From Chrysomallon squamiferum (Eukaryota; Animalia; Mollusca): a stretch of 64,000 nucleotides of DNA. A program made the translations under genes and the position numbers. Location: positions 11,222,001-11,286,000 of the forward strand of contig CM022671.1 in assembly GCA_012295275.1 (NCBI GenBank). The letters are read 5' to 3'. How positions within the stretch are numbered: position 1 is the stretch's first letter; each line of letters begins with the position of its first letter. The notes beneath the pieces are model-generated. The model made no database searches, was not told the DNA's origin, and was given only the letters and a program-made list of their open reading frames with translations. Below, in pieces: positions 29,641-42,288 of the stretch.

Positions 29641-30618
29641 GGTTTTGTTTTTTTATATTATTATTATTTTATGATTTTTATTATTATTATCATCATCATA
29701 TTTTTTATTTAATTAATTGTTGAGGTTTTTGATTTTTCATATTATTATTATTATTTTAATATTCTTTTTTATTATTATTACTATTATTTTATATATATAT
29801 ATTTGTTTTATTTATTTTTATTCCCCCCGCCCCTCACTGGGTGATCTTATTACGATTTGTCTTGGGTACAGTTTTGTCCTGGGTACAAATTATTTAATCA
29901 TCAAATCTCTAATTATACTTCGTGCTAACACATGCACAAAGTTGCCGCGGTCCGACGGAAACGCATGACTTGCTGCGCTATAAATAGCTCCTCGTGACTG
30001 GCAGAAGTAAATATGGAATAAATCGGTTCAAGGTTCCTCAGTAAATACATGTTCTCACACGTATCGTTATATTTCTATAATAATGAAAAATATTCTGTTA
30101 CTAAACCATCTTCGTTTTGTCATCAGTCATGATGTGATCTCTATGACACAGCATTACGTGTTTAAAAAATACAAAAGGTCAATGTCGATATGAGGCAATG
30201 TAATTTGGGCCATGTATGAAAACTGTTGTATTATAATTATGACGTAAGTTTTCTTATTATTGTTAAATTGATTTCACTGGTATTGCAGCCGTTTCTATTT
30301 TTAAAATAATTAATTAATTTTATTTTATTTAATTTTATTTTATTATTATTATTATTTGTTTTTTTTTTACTTCTACCGTTATATTGTTGCTTGAATGTCT
30401 TTTTATCAAAACGACTCTTATTTCTTCTGCTATCTTAGTAAACATTTACAAACTAACAACACCAAATACAAAGATGTTAAATCGTTTGCTTTGATGTCTC
30501 TGTTGTTTGTTCATTTCAAAGTCTGATGACGTAGATTGACCTACTACAAGCTGTTTGCACTCGTAAAACTCGATGTGGTTTTTTTCTTGGTATTTCAGAC
30601 GGACCCAAGCATGACAAA

Positions 30619-30661
30619 ATGAAGATTCTCTTTTCCGGATTTTTCTTCATTACATTTATAG
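30619..30661 (+). CDS. Gene A coding exon 1: signal peptide MKILFSGFFFITFI(G)
   Basis: Acceptor ttggtatttcag| (exon starts 30599), ATG at 30619, hydrophobic N-terminus, donor G|GTAAGT in phase 1 matching the next exon. Confidence 0.8.
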
Positions 30662-30995
30662 GTAAGTTGGTTTATATTTTTAATCTAACCATCGTTTGAA
30701 GTGCCACTACTAATGAAATGACATTACGGCTTGATAAAATATTTGTAATCGTGATCATAGGTATTTCTGTTTGAATTAAGTATTTGTTAATATATTTTCC
30801 TCTGTTTCATACACAACACATGATACGTCTGTAAGTGAATCGATTTGATTTATCGTTGTTTATATTACTCCATTTAAAGTTTGTATTTTTGTGTCGGTTT
30901 CAGATTATAAACTTTGTTGGTTTTATATATCACTTCATAACTGTTACAAAACTTTTTATTAATTAAATAATCTCGAAATTTTATATTTGTATTTA

Positions 30996-31052
<57 letters not shown>

Positions 31053-31435
31053 TTTAATTTAATTATTTGTTGAGTGTTTTTTATATCATTATTATTATTA
31101 TTGTTATTGTTGTAGTTATCTGATATACAGTATTGTTTACTTCTTAATTTTTTATTGAATTTTATTTTAATTTTTTAATATTTTTATTTTAATTCATTAT
31201 TTGTCTATTATTATTATTACTAGCTGTAGTTGCAGTAGTAGTGGTAGTAATAGTAGTAGTAGTAGTAGTTGTAGTTGAAGTAATAGTAATATCTATATTC
31301 TCTTTCATAGAAATAAATTATTTGTTTTTTCTTTTCTTTTTTCTTTTTAATCAAATATATGACTATTTTTATGTCTAATACTTATTTACTATTGTTATTT
31401 AATTATTTATTCATCAAAAGTCAGTATACTGATGT

Positions 31436-31494
<59 letters not shown>

Positions 31495-31501
31495 ATCTTT
31501 G

Positions 31502-31544
<43 letters not shown>

Positions 31545-31767
31545 AAGACAAAGAGATTAAAAAAAAAAAATATTATATATGTGTGTGTACACTCACACAC
31601 ACATAATCTTTTTCATTTTGTTTTTCGCTTATTTATTATCATCATTATTAAATGTTCATTTTTTAATTTTTATTATTATTATTTTTTTTTCATATTATTT
31701 TCATATTAATATTTTATCATATTTTGAGCAGTACTGAAGCTAAGACTGACTGTTACGCTGTTTTCAG

Positions 31768-32096
31768 GTTGTGAATGTCTCTGTGATTCAAGCATAAGAG
31801 ACGCAATAGAGAACTGCCACAAAATCGCGGCGAATGAGACCTGCCCGGAGGATTACTGTACCTACTACTACAGAGACCCGGGCCCCTACTTGACGTGTTG
31901 TTTGTGCGAACACCGCAACATTGAGCTGTACTATGCTATTGTTCTAGTTGCTGTTCTCATTATGTTGTTCTATGAACTGATCTGTTCTCCCTCGCCGCTC
32001 AGTTCTCTGGGTTCAGCGCTGGGCGACTATTTCTCAAAGACAAAAAGTGCCTCGAAACAGTCTAGTGACGAAAAGCCTTTGCTTATCGACGTCTGA
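31768..32096 (+). CDS. Gene A coding exon 2: small Cys/Tyr-rich single-pass (type I) membrane protein, 123 aa in total
   Basis: Acceptor gctgttttcag|, phase 1; open frame CECLCDSSIRDAIENCHKIAANETCPEDYCTYYYRDPGPYLTCCLCEHRNIELYYAIVLVAVLIMLFYELIC...SSDEKPLLIDV*; GC-rich relative to flanks. Confidence 0.85.
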
Positions 32097-33526
32097 CACA
32101 CCCCCTCTGTGCTAGTACAACCACTGTGTCATGAAGATACTTTCACAAAGTGAGCTGAAAATCTTCGTTAACTGTGAACGTTTTTTAAAATCTATATTTA
32201 TAAATCAAACACACACACGCACAAACACACACACACACACACACACGCACACAGACAGAGATATATATATATACACACAAACACAAACAATAAATCACGC
32301 ACATGAGTACTGGGTTGAAACACAAAAATTCTATACTTTTGTTTCTTTTCTTTTTTTTTATAGTTTTTACACGATAGTATATACATTAAATCTATGTGCA
32401 TATTACTGTCTTTGAATTTCACTTAAATTCGAGATGAACTTTTGTTCCAACCCAGTACAACAACAACAACAACAATAACAAATAATAATAATAATAATAA
32501 TAAGAATAACAATAATAAGAACATTAACAATAATAACAAAAACAATAACATTAACAGTAACAATAGCAACAACAACAACAATAATAATATTAATAGAGAT
32601 GAGGGCCAGTATTTAATTTTTTTCAGTTTTGTTTTTCTGTCTGCAGCTGAAAACTCAGATATTCCAAACTTCATATTCCACTTACAAAATCCACATTTAA
32701 TCACTGGAAGAAAACTACAGAAGAACAGAACTAAAACACCTTTAAAATCCGATCTTAAAGGGTTTTAAAAAAATAATAATAATTTAGTATAATGATTTCA
32801 AACTTTTTTGTTATTTTTCTTCACTAAACAAAATAAAAGAATTAGTGATGGAAATGGTTTTGGGAACAACTGTATCGTATAAAAATCTCATCTGAAATAA
32901 ATATATAAATATACAACTTTAATAGTAATAAAAAATCACTTCTTCATTAAAATGTTGTTCATCCTCCATCACTGACAAAATCCTATCACACTTGAAAATC
33001 TGTGATAATATACTTGTGATAAAGTCATCATTCTAAAAATCATCATTATCATTGACTTGTTTTGTTGCATACTTTGTTTTAAAGTATTTTTAGAAGTGTA
33101 TTAATCCGTTTTCACTATTGAAACTCAAGTCAAGAGTTTTTAAATTTCTTTTAAATTACGAATGTTTAAATTAACTCGTTAAAACTTAATGTTTAACTAT
33201 GTGAATTAATTATTTGCTGTCTTTGTTTCTCTGTATACTTTGAAATAATATATTATTTTTGAAAATATGTACTAATCAACTGTTTTTATCGATACAAAAT
33301 TATAGAATGTCTGTAACATTTATAAATTTTATTTCTCAGCAATATGTAAGGCCATACACCCAAAAGCAAGAAGCATTATAATTTAAATTCATTGTCGATC
33401 TGTACAGTATGCTGTTTCTAGTAATCAAATAAATTTGTGTGTATTTATTTATTTAATTATTTTTGTTGTTCTTCTTTTTCTTCTTTTTCTTCTTCTTCTT
33501 CTTCTTATTATTATTATTATTACTAC

Positions 33527-33604
<78 letters not shown>

Positions 33605-34307
33605 TACTAGATTAACTATAAGACGAATCTGTTAATCAGACTGCCACTCGTGAATGTTCTAATTTCAGTCTTTCTTTCTTACTGTCACTGTTATGAAGAT
33701 AACCTACCAAAATTTAATGTTTAACTAGCGGAATCAATTATTTATCTTCAGCATGATTACACTTCCGTATTTAGATGATAATATAAATAATTAAAAGTGA
33801 GAATCACGTAACTCGATTAAAAAAACCAAATATGTTTTTATTTGTCACCTCACAAGATCTGAAACGAAGTTTAGCTGTTAGAAATAAAACAAACTATAAA
33901 AATATAAATGACATGAAATACATTGTCTAACAATCCAACAAGGTTTACTGGACACAAAAATGTTTTAATTCATACACATAGCTAAACATATTTACTTTTT
34001 GCAATATTTATATATAATTTTATAGTCCTATAGTCTAAGAAGATATGTTGGATTTTATAGAGTATTTTATAACGTATAAATAACTATATGGCGTGCAGTT
34101 TGTTGCATTGTTGTACGTATATTTTTGAGATATTTTTTAAAATATTTTTTGTATAGTTATTAATTATAATATTTTGTTATAAAATATATTTTAATATAAT
34201 TACTCAGATGTTTATACGGACATCAATAATATATTCTTTTAAGTATTCTTACAAAAAATAATTTATGGACGATGAATAATGTTGCTGCTGCCGATTATAA
34301 TAAAAAA

Positions 34308-34357
<50 letters not shown>

Positions 34358-34613
34358 TAAGAAGGAAAAGCACATAAAAACAAAAATTAAATAAAGCTAA
34401 AATATATAAAAGAAAAAGTAAGTTTGAAAAATTTCTCTTTTAAAAAAAAAAAAAAAAAAAAAAACATGATCTAATTGCTTCATAATAATAATAAATAACC
34501 ACAAATTATCATTAATGTTTATTTTATTATTCTGTAATTCTAGTTCCCGACAATTACTGTATTAGCATAGCATATTTATATTTATATGTGTGTACTTGCG
34601 TGCGTTCGTCCCA

Positions 34614-34663
<50 letters not shown>

Positions 34664-34806
34664 ATTTCGATTTTGGAACAGTTCTACGTCATTTCATGTT
34701 GACAATGTTCTAGTATATATTTGAACAGCTCAGCATTTTTTTAAAAACTTTAATTTATAAGAAATCTTTTATGTATTTTTGTTTTTGTCACCTGACAGTA
34801 TTGTGA

Positions 34807-34812
34807 AATAAA
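34807..34812 (+). terminator. Candidate poly(A) signal of gene A
   Basis: AATAAA followed by a GT/T-rich downstream element (tgtgtttcgtgtgttgctctttt); earlier AATAAA sites also exist. Confidence 0.35.
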
Positions 34813-35226
34813 GTCTTTGTTTATGACTGCTGTGTTTCGTGTGTTGCTCTTTTCTTTCTCAGTCTGCCGTCCCAGCATTAAAACAGGGAAACAGAGAAGA
34901 TTCGTGCAACTTAATCATTTATTTATTTATCCTCTCTCTCGTTTTAATTAATATACGTCTATCTGTTCTTCACGGTTTTTATATTAATCTGCTTGTATGT
35001 TAGCTACCTGACTGGGATTGTTGTTTTTTTGTTAAACAGTTTGTTCTGGAATTCATTTTGTTTTGTAGGCAAGACAAACCTTAAGGGTTGTCCATATGAA
35101 ATCAAATTTAATTAAAAGGTACTGATTTAAAAAATAAAATTTAAAAAACGGAGTTAATTATTAAGTTCACATCATATTTCATTTTATTAATACAATTTTA
35201 CATGTCTGTTTTTTTCTTTAACTTTC

Positions 35227-35286
<60 letters not shown>

Positions 35287-35853
35287 TACATACGTACGTA
35301 AAATAAATTCTATGATTATATGTCAGCTTATGTCTAAATGTTATTATACTGAACATGACGTAGACATACGAAAAGAAATAACTAGCAGAACGGTATTATT
35401 TCTATGTATGCGTAACCAAGGTTTGTGCACATATGTCACTCGATCAATAATGATGTGATTTGGAGAAAACACGAAAGTGGCAAAGTTAATTAACATCTAA
35501 CTGGGATGAGCTGTTGAAAGAAAACTGTCTGCTTCATGATATTGGTGTAACAACGTTTATATCGAACTATCATCTTCACTTGGTGTGTACTGTTAAACTC
35601 GACAAACTAAACGAAATGAGCGACCAACATAATTAATGATACGCCCAATGTATCTTAGGATAAGATTTTATTTAATAGACTTTCTATTACGATTAATGAT
35701 GTCACTTTCGTTATAATTCTATTAAACAAGTATTATATCTACATGCATATATGTAAATATATTGGTATTTATGTATATACATATATTTTCATGTCTTTCC
35801 TATTTTTGCTTTTTTCTTCTTCTTTTTTTTTTTTTTATTTTTGGTATATACAA

Positions 35854-35907
<54 letters not shown>

Positions 35908-37772
35908 CCAGTATTCTTTGCGGTTCACTGCTGTACTCAAGGATGATTCAGTCGTTAAAAGAAGGGACATAATCCAGTCATCGTGTCCGAGTTACAGTTT
36001 ATAAACATAGTTACAGAACGTAATTTAAATAAAATTATTATTCAGCTGTAGAAAATAAAGTTTAAATCTACTACCGTCAGCATATGTCATGCCAACCACT
36101 TGATAAACACAGAGAACTTGCTTCAAGTTTACACTTAACTACATCGCTTGATTTTTGTATTTTCTCTGCTGTCGACTGTGCGCATTCCTCTTACAACTTT
36201 GTTTTTCAAAGACAGAGGATAACCGCTACATTGTTCCACCTCAGGACAAGTCTCTATCAATAACACTAAATAAAACAGGACAAAATATTTCACTTCGATA
36301 TAAAATTTCACTTGCATTGGAGCTGGTTGGATATAACCATTTAACAGAAGGAGAAATTTTTCCAATCATTCGAATCCATATAGATAAAGTTGGGTATAGC
36401 CCCCCCCCCCAACCCCAAAAAAAAAACTTTAAAGAAAAAAATATATTTCATAGCACATTTAGTAACTTTTCCCCGTTTTCCGTAATAAATATAATTTATG
36501 CACAGAGGAATCGAATTTGTATATTTGTGATAATAAAACAAATAATAATATTTATTAAAGAAGGATATCGTGTAATGGAGCCATTTATCCCAGCCCTGGG
36601 GAAATAGGCGTACTAATGGACAATCATCTATTCTGTCATAAATCAAAAAATAAAGCTTATAGATCTCTTCATAACTTCACAATATTTCATGAGTCTATGA
36701 TCATTCTTTAACCTTAAAATTAAATACTAATAATCGAATTTGTCAAAAATAGGAAATTTCATAAAATATTTTTGTTAGCGTATGTTAGAGGAAAAGCTTC
36801 AGAGTTTAGGAGGAATATACCTATGACGTCAGTCGAATCTTATGACGTAGCTTCAAGTTTCAGTCCATACGCACACTTTCCTATAAAGCCAGTAGCCTTT
36901 CACGGCTCTACCCTACACCTTTTTACCGTCAAAGAATTCGCTTAACAGCAATATATTTAAATATTTTCTAGAGAAATCTAATTAATATAGAAAGTTTTGC
37001 TATTCTTTCACTGGAAAAGTTCACATACAAAGAGTAGATTTAATTATCTAGTTTATTATTCTGTTTATTCTATAACGTAAATTTGAACAAAGTCTTCAAA
37101 AACCACATGCAACACACAGACATGCACCAATTTCTGTTAAATATTATTTTAAACATTTCAAATGTTGATTAATCAATATTTGGAGTACTTATATATATAT
37201 ATATATATATTTACATACATACACGTCCGACATATACGTTCGCACACACACAAACACACACATAGACATACACACACACCAACTTATATTTTTCAAGAGA
37301 AAGACTATTTATTAAAACAAGTAGAAGTTGAATATCTGTAAAATAAAAACAATAATTAATATGTTTCTGCGAAACAATAAAACAGTTACATGTAACTTTC
37401 ATTAGTAGATCATAGTACTTCATTCTGCTGTTACAAAACAAAAGAGTTACTTTGGTTTCGTAGTTAAAAATATTGTGACAATGTGTAACATTCTCCTTGT
37501 GAGATTCATCTTTACTGTTATCTCATGAAAGGACATGAATCGTTTAGATACGTAAATACTTCAGTTTTTTAGCAGTTTTCACATAACAAGTCATACACAT
37601 GTTGATACTAGATGTTGTACTGTTAGTCCTCTCTGTGATTTACATCAACCATTAAATAAACAGTACAGTCCCATTGTCAGTATTAAAACAGTCACAAATA
37701 ATACGGTCTCCACAGGCAGTATTCAACTATCATAAACAATGCACAGATTCAGTGTTAAAACAGTTATAAACG

Positions 37773-39794
37773 TTAATCGTGCGTGACTTTCATTCTGATG
37801 AAGTAAGGCACCTCAAACTGTTTCACTGAGTAGTTACTCACAAGCCTCGGCCCCACCGTTAATCCTCCTTTAGTGCTGTCTGCCCAGATACCCCTGGGGA
37901 AGAAAATGTCTCTCGATCTTTGTCCTTCACAGAGAATCGGCGCCACCAGAAGCTGGTCCCCTACCAGGAACTCGTCGCTGACGTCCATGGCGGTTTTGTT
38001 AGCCGGACTCAGCCACCAGACCGGCCTCAGAATCGGCATCCCTTCCCTGATTTGCTGATGAATATGATCTTTGATTATAGGAAGCACATGCTGCTGGTGT
38101 AGTCTGCTCATGTTTCGTGCCACGTCCACAACTGTATCGTCGTACGCCCATGGTGGAACCGAGTATTTCACAGCAGGGAAAAACGCCGAAAGCTGTAACC
38201 AACGTATGTAGATGTCTCTGCTTGGAATGCTAGAAGTAGCTGAACTACTTACTTCAGAAGTGACTGTAAACCCGTCTAGGAACAGGTAAGGGTATCCGAG
38301 AAGACCGGTAGTCAAAGCTGCTGGAATGGAGCCAGAAATACACGTTCTACCAAGTGTAGCAGTGATCAGTGATTTTACTGGAAGAAAGGCGTGGACGTGC
38401 TGCGACTGTGACGTCATCTGCATGGACAGCTTGTCGCTGACGGACGCGACCATCTCGGAATAGAGTTTTCTTAGTTTATTGGGTGACATCTGTTTGTCTT
38501 TGAAGTGTGGATAGTGAGGCAGCCAGGACTCACTGCCGTAAGAAAAACTAAAAGTGTTTATCCCGTACAGAGACGACAATTTGGCGAGTTTTGACGTAAA
38601 CCAGTCACGTGCTGTGGATTTTGTTACGTCCAGAACAGTGGCTACTCCACTGTAGAGTCTCGTCAAACCAGGAACCTCGCCGCCTGCGTCCATCACGAAG
38701 TAGTTGTTTTCAATCCCGTCCTTGAAGTTGGAAGAACCGTAGTCAAAATGTGCACTCACTGAAACAGACACACTGCATTTGGCCGACTTAATAACACTCA
38801 TCATCTCTGATACGTTAGAAAACTTTGACAAGTCAAAATCTAAATCACCTTCACGATTTTGCCATCTGCCATTTATAACCAAAGCACTACAGTTTAGACT
38901 GTGGTTCTTGATATTCAAAGCCATGTTCATTATGTTCTTCTCAGAAATATTTTCTGAACTCTCATTGTACACTGACCACCAAGGATTCTGCATCAGTTCT
39001 GTGTTAATGGGTTTTACTTTCGACGGAGAAGCAAACATGCTTCTCATAAAAATGTGAGTCTGAACCATGTCGTGTCCGTTGCACACAGTGTAGTTAAAAG
39101 GCGGCAGACCTTTCTCTGATCTTGTGTAGAACGGACTCGAGTAATTGGAAATCAAGCACAGTCGTCCTGGCTGAATGTTGTTCCACGAAATATGTAGCGG
39201 TATATCGGAATGAAACAGGATGGCGTGAGAGTTTGAGGACAACCAGTAATATTCCACAGCCTCGCTGAACACGCCGTTACCTGTAATACGATACGAATTC
39301 GAGTCGTAGGAAAAATTACCTACAATTGGAAAAATATTCGACGTCAGATTCGACGAGCCAAACCAGATGGAATTTCCGATTTCGAAGCAATCCATAGGAA
39401 CTGTGTTTGGATTGAGATACTCCCAGGAAACATTGTAACACTGAATGGAGTTCTCCACATAGTAACTGATCCTAAGAATGGCGTTCTTTTTCCAGATGCA
39501 TTCTTTAGCATTGGGGTTACCTTCCTCCCTGATGGGGCAATGCAGTGGTAGCTGCCACCGCGGGATGTTCAGTCCGATGTAGCCAGTGACCTCGTCGCCG
39601 TCCACCTCTGAGTGCAGCGTCAGCTTGCGACTTCGTGGGTCAAAGAAAATCTTCTGACTGACGACGAGAGCCTGGACAGCCTCGCTGTGGACAAACCAGC
39701 CGACGCTGACGAAGGAGACTGTCACTATGAAGATGAGAGACACGAACAGGTGGAGTCGATATTCTGACACAAGCTGTCGTTTTGATTTGTGCAT
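37773..39794 (-). CDS. MYORG-like: Gene B last exon: TM anchor plus MYORG-like glycoside hydrolase family 31 domain (catalytic residues apparently substituted)
   Basis: 673-codon ORF beginning right after acceptor ttctttgttcag|; TM LFVSLIFIVTVSFVSVGWF; GH31/MYORG motifs LDVTKSTARDWF, IPAALTTGLLGYP, RDIYIRWLQLSAFFPAVKYSVPPW, GMPILRPVWW, EFLVGDQLLVAPIL; 13 N-glycosylation sequons. Confidence 0.93.
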   Translation of the reverse strand: MHKSKRQLVSEYRLHLFVSLIFIVTVSFVSVGWFVHSEAVQALVVSQKIFFDPRSRKLTLHSEVDGDEVTGYIGLNIPRWQLPLHCPIREEGNPNAKECIWKKNAILRISYYVENSIQCYNVSWEYLNPNTVPMDCFEIGNSIWFGSSNLTSNIFPIVGNFSYDSNSYRITGNGVFSEAVEYYWLSSNSHAILFHSDIPLHISWNNIQPGRLCLISNYSSPFYTRSEKGLPPFNYTVCNGHDMVQTHIFMRSMFASPSKVKPINTELMQNPWWSVYNESSENISEKNIMNMALNIKNHSLNCSALVINGRWQNREGDLDFDLSKFSNVSEMMSVIKSAKCSVSVSVSAHFDYGSSNFKDGIENNYFVMDAGGEVPGLTRLYSGVATVLDVTKSTARDWFTSKLAKLSSLYGINTFSFSYGSESWLPHYPHFKDKQMSPNKLRKLYSEMVASVSDKLSMQMTSQSQHVHAFLPVKSLITATLGRTCISGSIPAALTTGLLGYPYLFLDGFTVTSEVSSSATSSIPSRDIYIRWLQLSAFFPAVKYSVPPWAYDDTVVDVARNMSRLHQQHVLPIIKDHIHQQIREGMPILRPVWWLSPANKTAMDVSDEFLVGDQLLVAPILCEGQRSRDIFFPRGIWADSTKGGLTVGPRLVSNYSVKQFEVPYFIRMKVTHD

Positions 39795-40004
39795 CTGAAC
39801 AAAGAAAATAAAGAATAGTTGAATTACTAATAATCAATAATCAATAATAATATATCAATAATACTCAATGTCGTAAACGATAAAACGTTCAGATTCTTCG
39901 TTTTATATTATTTATTAATTTGTTATTATTGTTATTATTATTATCATCATCATCATTTTTTTTTAGTATATCTAAAACATATAATTGTTTGAATGTGTTT
40001 GTTT

Positions 40005-40047
<43 letters not shown>

Positions 40048-40606
40048 AATTACTGAAGTTGACATAAAGATGATATTTGTGTTAATTCTCTGTTAGCTGA
40101 CAGTATTGTTATGTACAAATATATATGAAATGGTATACTGAACAAGTACCATGTAATTTTATTTTTTTTAAATTTGTTAATTATTATATTCATTATTTAT
40201 ATTTAACATATTCTTAATTATAGTCCTTTTTACTTTGTATATATATAGATATAAAAAAAAAATAATAATTAAAAAATAATAATTTAAAAAGTTCAGAATT
40301 AAAATGCACGTATAACATGAAACGAACGTGACTTGCGGCTCCGAAGCTGTGTTAAGGGCAAAGATATGTTTGTAAGAACAGCTTAATTTTAAAACTAGGT
40401 CCTGTCATGCGCTAACGGTAAATATCCAGTTATACAATGTGGCAGAACAGATTTACACTGCTTGTATCTTAATATTTTAAACAATTACAATAACTTATCT
40501 ATAGTAGAACTGACATGAATATCATGACATTCGTTGAAGAACGTGCTGCACGTGCATTATTTGTGTTGTAAATCTATATTACGACTGGTTGTAACTAAAT
40601 TACAAA

Positions 40607-41704
40607 GGTATGTTCGCAAAACTGGCAGTCTCCAGATTAGGTAAGCGGTGAGGTGTTGTAATCCGCTTCCAGAAATGGTAAAACTGGCGTGAGCAATTAA
40701 GGCCAATTTACACGCATGGGGGATAACGAGATGTGTGAAGAACAGAGGCGGCGATTAACAAGATTAACCGTAATGAGCAGAGAAGAGCAGAGGTGAGCTG
40801 GAATAGAGATTGCATGAAAATTAATGTTGTATCTCAGTAAAATTTGTAGACAGGAAATACTACCAATTTAGACATGTGGGGTTAACAAGATCAATTAAGA
40901 GAGGAAATACTACCTATATAAATACTGTACAGTCATGATGTTTGTTATGTTTGATCATGGCTGCAAAGGGAGAAATTTTGGACGGCAGAAAACCAGGTGC
41001 GGACCTCATACTTGATGGATATAGGTATGCACGGCGGATTAGTAACAAGAATGGTGCGATACCATGGAGATGTCTGTATTCGATGTCTGTGGCAATCACC
41101 GTGACTACTACACCGGATGGGACTGTGGTCAAGAGAGGTAAAGACCACATCCATTCCTTGGATGAGAGCGAAGTTGCTGTCCACCTACTGACCAACACCA
41201 TGCGGAAGCGAGCACGAGAGGAGCTGACCAGTATCCCAAAGATCCCAAAGAAGAGGAGAGGAAGAAGTTGTTGACCGGGTATTGAGACGCAAGACCACAG
41301 GACTTAGCTTCCAAGCTGAATATGTTTGAGGGCATCAAATCCAGCTTGTACCGACAGAGAGCGAAAAAGTCTGCAAACTCAAAAGGCAGCCATGGATTTA
41401 CACCTGGAAGGTGAGTGGACCAAGACGGAGTTGGGATCCGATTTTGTCCATGTGGATGACGTGCAGGTGGAGAGTAGAATCATCGTGTTTGGTACTGGTG
41501 CTGATTTTAGGAGACTTTGCGAGTCTGAGACTACATTAATGGATGGAACATACAGTTTAACAAAAGTACATCAATTAAGGTGACGGAACACCAATTAGTA
41601 AGGGTGAGAAATAAAATGCCAGAAATGGAACAGCTGGCGTGTCCAATTAAGATGTGTTATAATCTCACTGCCAGATTTGGGAATGCCAGAATCGGGAATA
41701 AACC
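40607..41704 (+). mobile_element. Internally deleted Mutator-like (FLYWCH-MULE) DNA transposon in the intron of gene B
   Basis: Frameshifted transposase remnant: FLYWCH-like LILDGYRY...WRC...HIH, then KSSLYRQR and RIIVFGT...LCESETTLMDGTY (first catalytic-Asp motif). Imperfect TIRs GGTATGTTCGCAAAACTGGCAGTC / GAATGCCAGAATCGGGAATAAACC; flanks AATTACAAA and GGTTACAAA (7 of 9 match). Confidence 0.85.
40937..41583 (+). pseudogene. Broken FLYWCH/MULE transposase fragment
   Basis: ORFs 40942..41274 and 41326..41583 carry consecutive transposase motifs in different frames and end shortly after DGTY. Confidence 0.8.
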
Positions 41705-41997
41705 GGTTACAAACACATTCGAGCCTCGACTTTAAACTTGTTAATTAAATACAGAGTAAAGTAAATTACCAGGCGTCATTCCGTGGTCGAACGCTGTAAC
41801 GGGATTTTACGTGTAATGTTATAACTGTGTTTAAGTACAGAGTGTTTTGGGCTAATTGTGATAAGCTAGATGTTACTTTACTAAATCTTATGTACGTTCA
41901 GCGAATATAACAGAACATATATTTGTGATCGTATATTTTATATCTAAAGACAAATGTATAAATGAAGCAGGCATGTGTCGGAGTATGTATGTCTGTG

Positions 41998-42044
<47 letters not shown>

Positions 42045-42288
42045 CTACCTCGGCGTTTATAGATGTGTATATGGTTCTGTGTATCTATATGTGTATTGAT
42101 GAGTAATTGTGTGTGTGTCCACACGTGTGTTGGTGTGTGTAATACTGACATAATTCAAATTCATTGTGTTGTTACACAATTACGACTTTTATGCATCGAA
42201 AGTGAAGTTCAGAAAGATTCCAACCCGCCATTGTTTGTTAAATAAATAATCAGACGTCACTGGTATTATTGTTGGCAGACGATGAGAC

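Noticed and set aside
36155-36607. 150-aa + strand ORF
   Set aside because: AT-rich with homopolymer runs; probably antisense to gene B's 3' UTR or intergenic
37873-39057. Short ORFs overlapping gene B's last exon (likewise 45572-46589)
   Set aside because: Antisense or off-frame shadows of the real coding exons
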